64,000 bases of DNA, from assembly GCA_963705295.1 (NCBI GenBank), contig OY970065.1, forward strand, positions 192,001 to 256,000. Direction: 5' to 3'. The notes below the pieces were generated by a model. It was not told the origin of the DNA, searched no databases, and worked only from the letters and a program-made list of their open reading frames with translations. Source of the stretch: Parachlamydiales bacterium. Lineage in GTDB: Bacteria > Chlamydiota > Chlamydiia > Chlamydiales > Rhabdochlamydiaceae. Made by a program: the position numbers and the translations under genes. Of the stretch, positions 48,342 to 59,174 are shown piece after piece; the first letter of the stretch is position 1, and every line of letters begins with the position of its first letter.

Positions 48342-49910
48342 ATGACAACAAACAGTTCTCAGGAATTCGGTCGGTTCCGTTCCTGGTTCTGTCCTGTGCA
48401 CAAGAGTGAATTAAAGATATTTCTACCACTTCTTTTAATATTCTTCTTCATTTGCTTTAATTATAATATTTTAAGAGCAGCAAAAGATTCCCTTGTCGTC
48501 ACGGCACCTTCTTCTGGGGCTGAAGTTATTCCTTTCATGAAAGTGTGGGTCATTCTTCCCATGGCTTTGCTCATGACGATTTTGTTCACGCGCCTTGCCA
48601 ATCGGTACACGACTGAAAAAGTTTTTTACATCATGATGAGCATCTTTCTGGGATTTTTTACGATTTTTGCTTTTATTCTCTTTCCTTTGAGAGACTCGCT
48701 GCATCCGAATGGATTGGCCGATCAGCTGGAGGGTTATTTCCCTCTGGGCCTTAAGGGGCTTATTGCGCTGGTGAGAAACTGGACCTACACCCTGTTTTAC
48801 GTGATGGCGGAGATGTGGAGTACCATGATCATGACGGTCCTCTTTTGGGGTTTTGCCAATGAAATTTTAAATGTAAAGACGGCCAAACGGTTTTATGTTC
48901 TGATCTTGATTGGAGGGAATTTATCGGCGATTTGTGCAGGGGGTATCGCAACTTTTATTTCACGTGTTGCAGGTGATTGGTCGCAAATGAATTCGGGAGA
49001 TCCATGGCAATATTCCCTCGTCTTTTTAAGTTGTATTGTCATCGCGGGTGGTGTGGTCGTTTTAGGGATTTTCCGATGGCTACATAAAAATATTTTGCAA
49101 AACCCCCAACACAGTCGACAAACTTTATTTAATACCGACAAATCCGATGTGAAGATGAGTCTCCGTAAAAACTTTAAATATTTGGCGAGTTCCAAATATC
49201 TTCTTTGCATCGCAACGATTGTTCTGACATATAATATCTGCATCAACCTCACAGAAGTCACATGGAAGGATCAACTGCTCCACCTCCTTCCACAACCGAA
49301 TGATTTCAATGGGTATATGGGTAAAGTGACGATGTGGGTTGGAATCGTCGCCACTGTCATCGCCATTATCACGAGTGTGATCATTCGAAAATTCTCTTGG
49401 ACCTTTAATGCGATTATTCCTCCTGTCCTCCTTCTCATTACTGGCATTGGATTTTTCTCCTTCCTCCTTCTCAAAAATCTTCCGATAGGGATTGCCTTGG
49501 CGAGTTTCTTTGGAAGCACTCCCCATGTCCTGGGCGTTCTTTTCGGTTCTTTCCAGCAATGTATTTCACGCGCTTCTAAATATACGATTTTCGATGCAAC
49601 GAAAGAGCTGGCTTTCATTCCCCTCAACCGAGAATCGAAACTGAAAGGAAAAGCTGCTATCGATGGGGTTGGCTCCCGTTTAGGAAAATCTGGAAGCGCT
49701 CTTGCCTATCAGGCTCTCTTGATGTGCTTTGGGACGGTTTCTGCAACAATCCCCTACGTTGCATTCATCCTGTTATTCGTCATTGGCGCATGGATTGTAG
49801 CTGTCTGCTTCTTAGGGAAAAGGTTTCAATCTCTTGTTGCACAAAACGAAACCACTGAAACACAAGAAGCCGCTGTTTCTGAAGAGAAAAGCCAGGAAGT
49901 TAGAATTTAG
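48342..49910 (+). CDS. Nucleotide transporter (NTT/TLC family), second paralogue
   Basis: SGAEVIPFMKVW, FWGFANEI, AKRFY, KGKAAIDGVGSRLGKSG. Confidence 0.92.
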   Translation: MTTNSSQEFGRFRSWFCPVHKSELKIFLPLLLIFFFICFNYNILRAAKDSLVVTAPSSGAEVIPFMKVWVILPMALLMTILFTRLANRYTTEKVFYIMMSIFLGFFTIFAFILFPLRDSLHPNGLADQLEGYFPLGLKGLIALVRNWTYTLFYVMAEMWSTMIMTVLFWGFANEILNVKTAKRFYVLILIGGNLSAICAGGIATFISRVAGDWSQMNSGDPWQYSLVFLSCIVIAGGVVVLGIFRWLHKNILQNPQHSRQTLFNTDKSDVKMSLRKNFKYLASSKYLLCIATIVLTYNICINLTEVTWKDQLLHLLPQPNDFNGYMGKVTMWVGIVATVIAIITSVIIRKFSWTFNAIIPPVLLLITGIGFFSFLLLKNLPIGIALASFFGSTPHVLGVLFGSFQQCISRASKYTIFDATKELAFIPLNRESKLKGKAAIDGVGSRLGKSGSALAYQALLMCFGTVSATIPYVAFILLFVIGAWIVAVCFLGKRFQSLVAQNETTETQEAAVSEEKSQEVRI

Positions 49911-49927
49911 ATATTTAAAAGGAAAAT

Positions 49928-50017
49928 ATGTCATCAGTTAAGAAAAAAAGAAAATATAAAATGGCAAAACATAAGCGCAAAAAACGGCGCCGACGTGACC
50001 GCCATAAGAACCAATAA
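49928..50017 (+). CDS. 29-aa basic protein, AURKAIP1/COX24 (bS22/mS38-like) ribosomal protein (not in ORF track)
   Basis: Hand translation MSSVKKKRKYKMAKHKRKKRRRRDRHKNQ matches the SV.KKR..KM.KHK pattern; AAGGA SD. Confidence 0.8.
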   Translation: MSSVKKKRKYKMAKHKRKKRRRRDRHKNQ

Positions 50018-50044
50018 GTCTTTGCGAGAAACTCTCGCATTATT

Positions 50045-51862
50045 ATGTGGACCTTCCCTGAAGAATTTGATGTTATTGTCGTAGGTGCCGGCCATGCTGG
50101 CTGTGAGGCAGCGCACGCTGCTGCCCGGATGGGTTGTAAAACCCTCCTTCTGACAATGAATCTCGATACGATCGGCAAGATGAGCTGCAATCCTGCCATA
50201 GGCGGAACTGCTAAAGGACACATTGTGCGCGAAATTGACGCACTCGGCGGCATCATGGGAAAAGTCACCGATGGGACTGCCATTCAATACCGGATGCTCA
50301 ATAGCTCAAAAGGTCCAGCCGTTTGGTCGCCGAGGGCACAAAGCGACAAACTGGCCTATCAAACGGCGATGAAAAAGCGGCTTGAAGGAGTCGATAATTT
50401 ATTCATCCATCAAGGAACAACGGAAGATCTCATTGTTGAAGGAGAGACGATCGTCGGTGTTGAAACCGTTGAAGGGATTGCTTACCGAGGCAAATCGGTC
50501 ATTCTCTCTTCGGGCACATTCATGCGAGGGATGATCCATATTGGACCTGTTACATTTTCGGGTGGAAGGGCAGGAGATAAACCGGCTGTTGGCCTCTCAG
50601 CGAGTCTTGAAAAATTCGGTTTTAAATTAGGAAGACTGAAAACAGGAACCCCTCCTCGGGTCAATCGAAGGAGTATCGATGTTTCTCAAATGGAACTCCA
50701 ATGGGGAGATGCCGGTGTCCGGTTTTCATACGACGAGCCAGAAGGGCCCGGTCTTCCAGAGCTGCCTTGTTATATCACCTACACTTCAGAAGAGACTAAA
50801 AAAGTTGTCTTGCAGCACCTCCATCTTTCTCCGATGTACTCGGGGAAAATCCAAAGCGTGGGACCTCGATACTGTCCTTCGATTGAAGATAAATTTGTCC
50901 GTTTTGCCGATAAAGACCGGCATCAGATTTTTATCGAACCCGAAGGGCATCAAACCGATGAGCTTTACATCAATGGGATTTCAACATCGCTCCCTTTTGA
51001 TGTTCAGCTGAAGATGATCCAAACCATTCCAGGTCTTCAAACTGCAGAAATTATGAGACCTGCATACGCTATCGAATACGATTACATCACGAGCGGACAA
51101 CTTCTTTCAACCCTCGAGAGTAAAAATATTGAAGGCCTTTTTCTTGCTGGTCAAATCAATGGGACGACTGGTTATGAAGAAGCGGCTGGGCAAGGACTCA
51201 TTGCAGGAATCAATGCCGCACTCAAAGTTCAAGGAAAACCGCCTTTCTTCCTGAAGCGATCGGATGCTTATATTGGTGTCATGATCGATGAACTCAATAC
51301 AAAAGAGCTCGAAGAACCGTATCGAATGTTCACAAGCCGCGCAGAACACCGACTTCTTCTCCGTCAAGATAATGCCGACCTCCGCCTGAGGGGTTTTGGT
51401 TACCAACTCGGACTCATCGATCAAAAAAGATATGATCGATTGCGGGAGAAAGAAAAAGCCATTGAAGAACAAATGCAATTTCTTTCAAAAAAATTCATCT
51501 CTCTCGAGGGAAAAAGTATCAGCCTAGCTCAACTTTTGTCCAGACCCGAAATTTCTTATGACGACTTAGTCCGAGACTTTGGATCTAAAGATCATGGGAA
51601 AGAGATCAACTCCCAAGTCGAACTGAGTATCAAATACGCAGGGTATATCGAAAGGCAATACCAAGAAGTGGCTAAACTCGATGGAATCGAAAAAATTTCT
51701 ATACCTCCTTCTTACGATTATTCACGTGTCGTAGGACTCAGTCGGGAAGCTCAAGAAAAATTCAACAAAATACAGCCCCATAATCTAGGTCAAGCATCGA
51801 GAATCTCTGGCATCACTCCAGCCGATATTCAAGTGGTCATGGTTGCTCTTCGAAAAAAATGA
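50045..51862 (+). CDS. mnmG: tRNA uridine-5-carboxymethylaminomethyl synthesis enzyme MnmG/GidA
   Basis: [52 protein letters not shown]. Confidence 0.97.
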   Translation: MWTFPEEFDVIVVGAGHAGCEAAHAAARMGCKTLLLTMNLDTIGKMSCNPAIGGTAKGHIVREIDALGGIMGKVTDGTAIQYRMLNSSKGPAVWSPRAQSDKLAYQTAMKKRLEGVDNLFIHQGTTEDLIVEGETIVGVETVEGIAYRGKSVILSSGTFMRGMIHIGPVTFSGGRAGDKPAVGLSASLEKFGFKLGRLKTGTPPRVNRRSIDVSQMELQWGDAGVRFSYDEPEGPGLPELPCYITYTSEETKKVVLQHLHLSPMYSGKIQSVGPRYCPSIEDKFVRFADKDRHQIFIEPEGHQTDELYINGISTSLPFDVQLKMIQTIPGLQTAEIMRPAYAIEYDYITSGQLLSTLESKNIEGLFLAGQINGTTGYEEAAGQGLIAGINAALKVQGKPPFFLKRSDAYIGVMIDELNTKELEEPYRMFTSRAEHRLLLRQDNADLRLRGFGYQLGLIDQKRYDRLREKEKAIEEQMQFLSKKFISLEGKSISLAQLLSRPEISYDDLVRDFGSKDHGKEINSQVELSIKYAGYIERQYQEVAKLDGIEKISIPPSYDYSRVVGLSREAQEKFNKIQPHNLGQASRISGITPADIQVVMVALRKK

Positions 51863-52527
51863 ACTTTTCTCTCCTCTCTTTAAAAAACTATCCGATTTAT
51901 GACCAGCTCCTCCTAGAGGAAGAGCTTCTCAGAAATGATCACAGAAATTTGTGTCTGATCAATGTAGGATCACCACCAGCAATCGTGATGGGAATCTCGG
52001 GTAAAGCAGACCAACTCATCCATCTAGACAACGTTACTATTCCTATTATCCGTCGCTTTAGTGGAGGTGGGACCGTCGTGGTCGATGAAAATACCGTTTT
52101 TGTCACTTTCATCTGCAATAAAGCTGACCATCCGTTCCCTGCCTATCCTGAACCAATCCTCCGCTTTGCAGAAACGATTCTTGCACCCACCATCCCAGGG
52201 CTCATTTTGCGCGAAAATGACTTCGTCATAGGTGAAAAAAAATGTGGCGGAAATGCTCTTTATATTAAGAAAGATCGGTGGCTTCTCCACACATCGTTCC
52301 TTTGGGATTATCACCCCGCACATATGGATCTTCTCAAGCACCCACCCAAAACTCCCACCTATCGACAAGGACGAACCCACGAACACTTCCTCTGCCGCCT
52401 TTCTGATCGGATTGAACATCAAGACAAGTGGATACAGAATTTAAAGAAAATTGGTTCCGAATTAGAAGAGATTTCAAGAATTACTTTGAATCAGTATGGC
52501 ACGTCGATCGTCTTCCATCCATCTTAA
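51859..52527 (+). CDS. lplA: Lipoate-protein ligase family protein
   Basis: [29 protein letters not shown]. Confidence 0.85.
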   Translation: MNFSLLSLKNYPIYDQLLLEEELLRNDHRNLCLINVGSPPAIVMGISGKADQLIHLDNVTIPIIRRFSGGGTVVVDENTVFVTFICNKADHPFPAYPEPILRFAETILAPTIPGLILRENDFVIGEKKCGGNALYIKKDRWLLHTSFLWDYHPAHMDLLKHPPKTPTYRQGRTHEHFLCRLSDRIEHQDKWIQNLKKIGSELEEISRITLNQYGTSIVFHPS

Positions 52528-52999
52528 AACGTATTTCCATCACCGCAAATAAGTTTTCTTCCCGTGCCCTTAGATCTTTTTCGGAAGCCGCAATTGTTGT
52601 TTCAAGCCCCGCTAATTCTTGTTCCATTTCTTTTAATGATTGTTCATTTTCTGCAACATCACCATCCAAGATAATGAGTCTGTTCATTAGAGTACTCAAT
52701 CCATCTTTTAATGAAACAGCTGCAACAGCTTCTCCAATGATTCTCAAACGGCGAGTGATTTCGACAATATCGAGTTGGGAAAGATTTTCTGCAGTAGGTT
52801 GTGTAAATAATTTAGCTAAAAGTTCAGTATGATTTTTCTGATATCCTGCATAAATCGCTTGAAGCCTTTCCACTTCAGTCTTTCGTTCATCTATTTGGTC
52901 TGCATTGACCTGAACCGCTTCAGCTTGCTGTCCAATTACCGCATCGTAAGGGTTTTGTCTTGTATCAAGAGACGCAAACCATGTTGCAATGTGGGCCAC
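52481..52999 (-). CDS. Coiled-coil hypothetical protein
   Basis: GTG start with AGGAG SD; heptad-rich sequence. Confidence 0.6.
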   Translation of the reverse strand: MAHIATWFASLDTRQNPYDAVIGQQAEAVQVNADQIDERKTEVERLQAIYAGYQKNHTELLAKLFTQPTAENLSQLDIVEITRRLRIIGEAVAAVSLKDGLSTLMNRLIILDGDVAENEQSLKEMEQELAGLETTIAASEKDLRAREENLFAVMEIRFKMDGRRSTCHTDSK

Positions 53000-53792
53000 T
53001 TGCTACTCCTGTTGCTTTAACTCTGAATTTAAAAGATTTAATATCTTCTAGCAGTTGTCCGTACTGATCCTTCTCAACTCTTGCAATGTGCTTTATTCTC
53101 TTCTGAAGAGCAGCTAGCCTTATGCTCTCATTTTTAACTTTTTCGCGCATTTTTCCGATCTGTGTTTTTAAATCCTCAACTTTAGATTGTTGCTTTTCAA
53201 TTTTCTGGAATGTTTCTGCTGCATCAAGGAGATTTAGTTTTTCAAAACCTTCTGTTTTACTTAAAAAAATCGATACATATGCAAGGGCATCTTTTGCTTG
53301 TTGGATCGTAACTTGCTGCTTTCTATATTCTTCCCCAAGTTGCACAGCAGCGGGAAGTGTTTGTGTATACTCTGCATGGGCTTGCCGGATCTGTTGCAAA
53401 ATAGGATCTAAAACTTTCACCAAATTTTCTAAATGCCCGATCGCTGGTCGAATGGTTGTCTCGAACTTTTGTTGCTCTGCAACGAGTTGTCCTAATTCTT
53501 CAACTTTCTCACCTGATGCAGAGAGAAAATTAGACGACCATCCAAAAAAGTAACTGAGAACTCCAAATGCGGCAAATGAAGCCGCAGGAGCCAGGGTTGC
53601 AGAAGCCGCCGTATATGATATAAAACCAAGACCCACTCGCTGAGCTAAACTTTCTGTCTGGAATGCAGAAGATGACGGAAGTTGCGCAAGTCTAGCCGCT
53701 AATTTCGCATAAGCACGACTTCTTACGAAATGGTGTCCATGTCGATGGACTTGCCTGGCAAGAGCTCTTGAAGGACCGTTGATTGCACTCAT
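52965..53792 (-). CDS. Inc-like protein (long hydrophobic segment plus coiled coil)
   Basis: VGLGFISYTAASATLAPAASFAAFGVLSYFFGW followed by heptads; ATGA overlap and GGGGAG SD favour start 53792. Confidence 0.65.
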   Translation of the reverse strand: MSAINGPSRALARQVHRHGHHFVRSRAYAKLAARLAQLPSSSAFQTESLAQRVGLGFISYTAASATLAPAASFAAFGVLSYFFGWSSNFLSASGEKVEELGQLVAEQQKFETTIRPAIGHLENLVKVLDPILQQIRQAHAEYTQTLPAAVQLGEEYRKQQVTIQQAKDALAYVSIFLSKTEGFEKLNLLDAAETFQKIEKQQSKVEDLKTQIGKMREKVKNESIRLAALQKRIKHIARVEKDQYGQLLEDIKSFKFRVKATGVASGPHCNMVCVS

Positions 53793-54616
53793 ACTATTGC
53801 TCCCCATTGGTTTGTTAGGCTTTCAATAGCCCGTCGTAAAATTGCAATTTGATCTGCTTTGACACCTTCTTGAGTAGTGAGAGTTTCCTGAGTTGTCTGT
53901 AGTTGTAGTCTCAAAGCTGTGAAATCGGTAATTAATCCTCTTTGCAACTGCTGTAATCGGGTATGTTCGTCATGGAGACGTCCGACTTTACTCTCCAAGT
54001 TCCGAACAAAGGACAATCTCTGCTGAAATGCTTCATCACTTGACATCGATTGTGCTATCAGAAGAACCGATTCGAGTTGAGTTTTCAGATGATCAAAGTC
54101 GGTTTGTACACTGCTTCTTAAAGGTTCGACTACTGCGTTAAAAGCGTGTTGGGCTGCGGCAGCGGCAGGAACTTGTTGGCTTAAGGAATCAAATTGGGCC
54201 CTCAGTTCTGTTACTAGTCGGGAGATTTCTTCATTGTTTCTTTTGAGTTCACTATTGTGGGTCTGAAGTGTTTCGTAAAGGTTTGCAAGTTTATTGTAAG
54301 TTGACCAAAAATTATATCTATTGGAAAGAAGACAAAACACGACATAAACATTGACCCAGTGAGGATTAACAAAGTTGTAATAACTATTACCCAGGATCAC
54401 GCAAGCAACCAGGGGATCCTTGAGGTCGACCCAGCTCATCACCCGGATGGAAGGGCCCCATGCGGCAAACAGAGCCACGGATGCAAGGCCAAAACCAATC
54501 ACAGCTATTCTACCCCAAACGGCCGCGACTAAAATGGCAACTCCTGTAAATCCTACCGCTGGTTTCCAGTAGGGTTGAATCGTGTGGAGATGGTCTTTTA
54601 TGTTAGAGAGATACAT
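53789..54616 (-). CDS. Inc-like protein (bilobed hydrophobic domain plus coiled coil)
   Basis: AVGFTGVAILVAAVWGRIAVIGFGLASVALFAAWG then a long Q/L-rich coiled coil. Confidence 0.7.
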   Translation of the reverse strand: MYLSNIKDHLHTIQPYWKPAVGFTGVAILVAAVWGRIAVIGFGLASVALFAAWGPSIRVMSWVDLKDPLVACVILGNSYYNFVNPHWVNVYVVFCLLSNRYNFWSTYNKLANLYETLQTHNSELKRNNEEISRLVTELRAQFDSLSQQVPAAAAAQHAFNAVVEPLRSSVQTDFDHLKTQLESVLLIAQSMSSDEAFQQRLSFVRNLESKVGRLHDEHTRLQQLQRGLITDFTALRLQLQTTQETLTTQEGVKADQIAILRRAIESLTNQWGAIV

Positions 54617-54670
54617 GTTAAAATCTTCTATATAAAGTTATAAAATTTTGACTTATTACTAGCAAGGAAA

Positions 54671-55444
54671 TTAGTCGATGTACGCGTCGGGAAGACTGAT
54701 CCGATTATGGATGGCTTGTTTGACGACTTCCCGCTCCATCACGGCGATCGATTCGGTGAGGGGAATTTTTTTGGGACAGACTTGGGCGCAATTTTGCGCA
54801 TCGCCGCAGTCAGAGACACCGCCATCTTCCATGAGAACGCGGAGCCGCTCCGGCCCTTGCATTTTTCCTGTGGGATGGGTGTTGAAAAGGCGGACTTGAG
54901 AAATCGCTGCAGGACCAATGAACTTAGACCGTTTGTTGACCTGGGGGCATGCTTCGACACAACAGCCGCAGGTCATGCAGGTGGAAAGCACGTAACGGAC
55001 TTCTTGGACTTTCGGATCTTGTTTAGGCCCAAAACCCCGTTCATAAGAGCCGTCGATTTCAATCCAGGCGCTGAGTTTTTTTAAATGATCAAACATCGTA
55101 TCCCGATTCACGATGAGATCTCGGACGAGGGGAAATTTTGTGAAAGGGGCGACCGTGATGATCCGACTTTTTGACTGCTCCAGAAGTTCAGGAACGAGCG
55201 CGGTACATGCTTGCCGGGGTTTTCCATTGATCAGCATCGAACACGAGCCGCAGACTTCTTCTAAACACCCCTGCTCCCAAACAATGGGTTCGACTTTTTC
55301 CCCTTTTCGATTGATAGGAGATTTTTGAATATCCATGAAAGCGCAGATGAGATTGTAAAACGGCTTTACAGTGAGCTCGAATTCTTCCCAATACTGCTTT
55401 TCAGGTGTGCCACGGTAGATTTTTAAAATAAAAGTTTCGGTCAT
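54671..55444 (-). CDS. sdhB: Succinate dehydrogenase iron-sulfur subunit
   Basis: CLEEVCGSC, CMTCGCCVEACP, CGDAQNCAQVCP. Confidence 0.95.
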   Translation of the reverse strand: MTETFILKIYRGTPEKQYWEEFELTVKPFYNLICAFMDIQKSPINRKGEKVEPIVWEQGCLEEVCGSCSMLINGKPRQACTALVPELLEQSKSRIITVAPFTKFPLVRDLIVNRDTMFDHLKKLSAWIEIDGSYERGFGPKQDPKVQEVRYVLSTCMTCGCCVEACPQVNKRSKFIGPAAISQVRLFNTHPTGKMQGPERLRVLMEDGGVSDCGDAQNCAQVCPKKIPLTESIAVMEREVVKQAIHNRISLPDAYID

Positions 55445-57327
55445 AAGGGTAAGGGGATATTGGGTGGAACGTTTTCTAAGGTTGGTTTAATTTTCTTTGC
55501 ATGAACATAGTCACGCGGAATCGGTTTTAAATATCTTATATCGACTTTCTTAAAGGAGATTTCGGGTTCATCCTTCCTGTAGGTAGCAATCGTGGTCTTG
55601 AGCCAATTTTCATCATCCCGATGGGGAAATTCCGTTTTAAAATGGGCTCCTCTCGACTCGTCGCGAACCAGCGCACTTTTGGTCATAGCTAAGGCCAGTT
55701 CTAACATGCTCTTGAATTGATTAGCAAATGTGTAGGTTTGATTGAGGAGAGAGCCCCGATCATCTAAAGAAATTTGTTTGTATTTTTCACGGAGCTCTTT
55801 GAGTTTATCGATCGTTTTTTGGAGATCTTTGTTGTTCCGTTTAACCGTCACATTGCGAACCATCCAATCGGCTAGTTCGTCGTGCAATCGGTGAATATTT
55901 TCAGGTCCGCTGCGGGTCAAGAGGTCGTGTTTAAACGCTTCTTCTTGAGCCAAAGCTTCCGAATAGATGTGAGAGGGTAGGTCGGCGTACGTTGCCGTTA
56001 ATGTCTCTTGATACCGGGGAACTTCCATCCCAACGACCAATCCTCCAAAAATGCAGGAGAGAAGAGAATTAGCTCCGAGCCGATTCGCTCCATGGTATAG
56101 GAAATCGGATTCTCCAACATTGAAAAGGCCGGGGATATTGGTCATCTGACGAAACCGTTTGCTCCGGTCGGGATCATCGAATGCGGGCCAATCGATCCAA
56201 GCGCCTCCCATCGAATAATGAACGGCGGGGAAAATCTTCATCGGAACTTTTCGAGGATCTTCTCCTGTGAATTTTTGATAAATTTCGAGAACAGACTCAA
56301 CCTTGTGGAGGGTTTTTTCAGGGAGATGGGTCATATCTAAATAGACTTGCATCTGTCCATCAACGCCGAGGCCTAGTTCACAAACACGGAGAATTTCTCT
56401 CGCAGCTACGTCGCGCGCGACGAGATTTCCGTAGCCGGGGTAGAGTTCTTCTAGAAAATACCATGCCTCTCCTGTCTTTCCACACGGGATTTCTTTTCCA
56501 TCTGGAGCCGTAATGGTTTTTGAAGAATCGCCCAGCACCCAAATCCTACCACCTTCACCCCGCGTCGATTCTGAAATGAGCCGGAGCTTATCTTCCCCAG
56601 GGATGGCGGTCGGATGAATTTGAATAAATTCTCCATTGGCATATTCCATTCCCTGCATAAAAAGACGGCCATTGGCGGCGCCGGTGCAAAACGTTGAGTT
56701 GGTCGATTTTTTGAAAATAAGTCCAGGGCCTCCAGAAGCAACAACAACGGTATCGGCTTTCATCACATCGAGTTTCATGTTGATGAGATCCATATACACA
56801 ATACCCCGTGCAATCCCACTTTCATCCATCACCAGTCTCATGAACTCGTGATTTTCAAATTTTTCGACAAGGCCTTGCACTTCGAAGCGGCGGACTTGTT
56901 CATCGAGAGCATACAGCAGTTGTTGACCGGTTGATGCACCGCAAAAGGCAGTACGGTTATAAAGGGTCCCACCAAAGCGGCGGACATCGAGATTTCCTTC
57001 TAAAGTTCGATTAAAAGGGCAACCCATCCGATCCATGAGACGGATGATGCCAGGAGCCGAGAGGCACATCTCTAAGACGGGAGGTTGATCGGCTAGAAAA
57101 TCTCCTCCCTTGATCGTATCATACGCATGGATGTACGGAGAATCGTCTTCTCCTTTAAGATTCATCGCAGCGTTGATTCCACCTTGGGCACAGACGGAAT
57201 GGGACCGTTTTACTTTCGTGACAGAAACCAATTTGATGCGGCATCCATTTTCGGCAAGGCGCATGGCAGCGGCAAGTCCAGCAAGACCACCCCCAACAAC
57301 TATGACTTCTTTCGTTTTGTTTTTCAT
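55441..57327 (-). CDS. sdhA: Succinate dehydrogenase flavoprotein subunit
   Basis: VVGGGLAG, RSHSVCAQGGIN, QIHPT, HYSMGG, HGANRLGANSL; true start 57327 (ATGA overlap with sdhC). Confidence 0.95.
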   Translation of the reverse strand: MKNKTKEVIVVGGGLAGLAAAMRLAENGCRIKLVSVTKVKRSHSVCAQGGINAAMNLKGEDDSPYIHAYDTIKGGDFLADQPPVLEMCLSAPGIIRLMDRMGCPFNRTLEGNLDVRRFGGTLYNRTAFCGASTGQQLLYALDEQVRRFEVQGLVEKFENHEFMRLVMDESGIARGIVYMDLINMKLDVMKADTVVVASGGPGLIFKKSTNSTFCTGAANGRLFMQGMEYANGEFIQIHPTAIPGEDKLRLISESTRGEGGRIWVLGDSSKTITAPDGKEIPCGKTGEAWYFLEELYPGYGNLVARDVAAREILRVCELGLGVDGQMQVYLDMTHLPEKTLHKVESVLEIYQKFTGEDPRKVPMKIFPAVHYSMGGAWIDWPAFDDPDRSKRFRQMTNIPGLFNVGESDFLYHGANRLGANSLLSCIFGGLVVGMEVPRYQETLTATYADLPSHIYSEALAQEEAFKHDLLTRSGPENIHRLHDELADWMVRNVTVKRNNKDLQKTIDKLKELREKYKQISLDDRGSLLNQTYTFANQFKSMLELALAMTKSALVRDESRGAHFKTEFPHRDDENWLKTTIATYRKDEPEISFKKVDIRYLKPIPRDYVHAKKIKPTLENVPPNIPLPL

Positions 57328-58313
57328 GTTCTTAAGTTTAGAAAGTAAGTTCCCCAAACAGCGGCAAGACCCAGGAATGCAATGAGTGCCATCAGACCCC
57401 ATGCATATTTGAGAAGTCTTTGTTGTGCAGCCACACGGAGCACAATACCCCAAGAGATGCAAAAAGTCCAAAGTCCATTAAATCCATGGAAGCATGCTGC
57501 CAAGACAAAAATGGTATAAAGGGCAACATAGATCGGATGTTTAAAAGTATCACGGACCGTCAGCAGGGAAGCCGTTGCAAAATCTTTAGAAACGGCAACA
57601 ACCTCATTCGAGCCGATTTTTTGTTTTTCTAACGCTTCTACCCATTTCAGTTTTTCCACGTACGCCTGAGCTGAAGTTAAGATCATTTGCTGCTGCGGAT
57701 CATACACAGAAGAATTGGGTAGAGATTTTGCAAGAGCGACCAAAGCCTGTTCATTTTTTCTTGAGTCGATCTCTATCCTCTCATTTAAAATTTGATCGGA
57801 AGTATAAAGCTGTACGCCGAGCCTAGACGCAACGGTATAAACTCCTTTATCAATTGTCACTGGAACGAAATAATACGAAAGAGCGCCTTGATTTAAAGAA
57901 TCGGGATAGTCGATGAATCGGAATTTGATCACATGGAGAATAATCCCAACGAGAAGAATCCACGATGTGATCCTCTGCCATGTATAAGCCCGGTTGCGGC
58001 CATATTCACTTAAATTGGGTTCGGTTCCGTCGGTCTTCGAAGAGTTAAATTTGGATGTCAATAAGTACTTGATTCCCCAAATCATATGAATTCCGATGGG
58101 CACACCGAGCAAAACGATTTCAATCACCTGTAAATAAGGAAGATTGTGGATCGAGTTGACCATACTGACAAACCCTTGCGCATTATCGCCGAGTAAAAGG
58201 GCCGCCTGGGAATTTGTAAATAAATGCTCCATCAAGAATAAAACAATCCACAGTCCCATTAAGGAATGAAGCCTTCGCCAAACGAATGCTCTGGGAAGCG
58301 TTGCTGAAGTCAT
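57324..58313 (-). CDS. sdhC: Succinate dehydrogenase cytochrome b558 subunit (Bacillus-type)
   Basis: RRLHSLMG, EHL, IH, WQRIT, FHGFNGLWTF heme-ligand motifs. Confidence 0.9.
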   Translation of the reverse strand: MTSATLPRAFVWRRLHSLMGLWIVLFLMEHLFTNSQAALLLGDNAQGFVSMVNSIHNLPYLQVIEIVLLGVPIGIHMIWGIKYLLTSKFNSSKTDGTEPNLSEYGRNRAYTWQRITSWILLVGIILHVIKFRFIDYPDSLNQGALSYYFVPVTIDKGVYTVASRLGVQLYTSDQILNERIEIDSRKNEQALVALAKSLPNSSVYDPQQQMILTSAQAYVEKLKWVEALEKQKIGSNEVVAVSKDFATASLLTVRDTFKHPIYVALYTIFVLAACFHGFNGLWTFCISWGIVLRVAAQQRLLKYAWGLMALIAFLGLAAVWGTYFLNLRT

Positions 58314-58364
58314 AACTGTTCATTAAACACCCAAAACAAGTTTTGGAAAAGAAAAAAAAGTATC

Positions 58365-59111
58365 CTAAACTCTAAAAAACTGAGCTGCATTTTGAGTGGT
58401 TGCCTCGGCAAACCTCTCCAGAGAAACACCTTTAATATGAGCCATGACTGAGGCTGTTTCTTCGATGTAGCTCGGTTCATTTTTTTTACCCCGCTTTGAT
58501 TCAGGAGCCAGATAAGGCGTATCTGTTTCAATCAAAAGACGGTCGAGCGGAACATACGCAGCAATGTCTCTCAATTCGTCTGATTTTTTAAAAGTGACGA
58601 TCCCACTAAAGGAAATGAGCCATCCTCTTTCGAGACATTTTTTAGCCTCCCCAAGGCTGCCTGTAAAGCAATGTAAAACAGCCGGTAACGCTCGATAATG
58701 GAGATCGGCAAGTGCGAAAAGATCTTCAAAAGCATCACGACAATGAAAAATAATGGGAAGCTTCGCAGAAGTAGCCAATTCAAAATACCGTGTCAGGAAT
58801 TCTCTTTGCATTGCAGGTGGGGAATGTTGATAATGGTAGTCAAGACCCGTTTCCCCAATGGCTACTAGCTGAGAACTCTTTTCTTTAACAATAGGGAAAA
58901 ACTCCTCGCCCTCTTTTTCGACATCGTGCGGCGTTGTCGCAGCGGCATTGTAAATCCACGGATATTTTTCTGTTAGCTTAAGCCCTCTTTCAAGTTCGAG
59001 GGTGTTGGTACAAATATTGACAATCGCCTTAACTTGTTTTTGCCTAGCCCTTTGGATCAACTCTTCCACATTTTCTAGAGAAGACAGATGAGCATGAGAA
59101 TCGAAGTACAT
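58365..59111 (-). CDS. tatD: TatD-family nuclease
   Basis: DSHAHL, IGETGLDY, HCR, LHCF, ETDTPYL. Confidence 0.93.
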   Translation of the reverse strand: MYFDSHAHLSSLENVEELIQRARQKQVKAIVNICTNTLELERGLKLTEKYPWIYNAAATTPHDVEKEGEEFFPIVKEKSSQLVAIGETGLDYHYQHSPPAMQREFLTRYFELATSAKLPIIFHCRDAFEDLFALADLHYRALPAVLHCFTGSLGEAKKCLERGWLISFSGIVTFKKSDELRDIAAYVPLDRLLIETDTPYLAPESKRGKKNEPSYIEETASVMAHIKGVSLERFAEATTQNAAQFFRV

Positions 59112-59174
59112 GGTAGAAATCCTTATCTAATAGATGATAAATATCAAGTCTCAGTAGAATGATATTTTCCCGAG

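Noticed and set aside
52965..52999. Frameshift joining the two downstream coiled-coil ORFs
   Set aside because: The downstream ORF has its own AGGAG SD and GTG start, and I saw no slippery site; separate genes are the simpler reading.
57328..57471. 48-aa Cys-rich N-terminal extension of SdhA in the ORF track
   Set aside because: It overlaps sdhC in another frame; the ATG at 57327 gives a normal start with an ATGA overlap.
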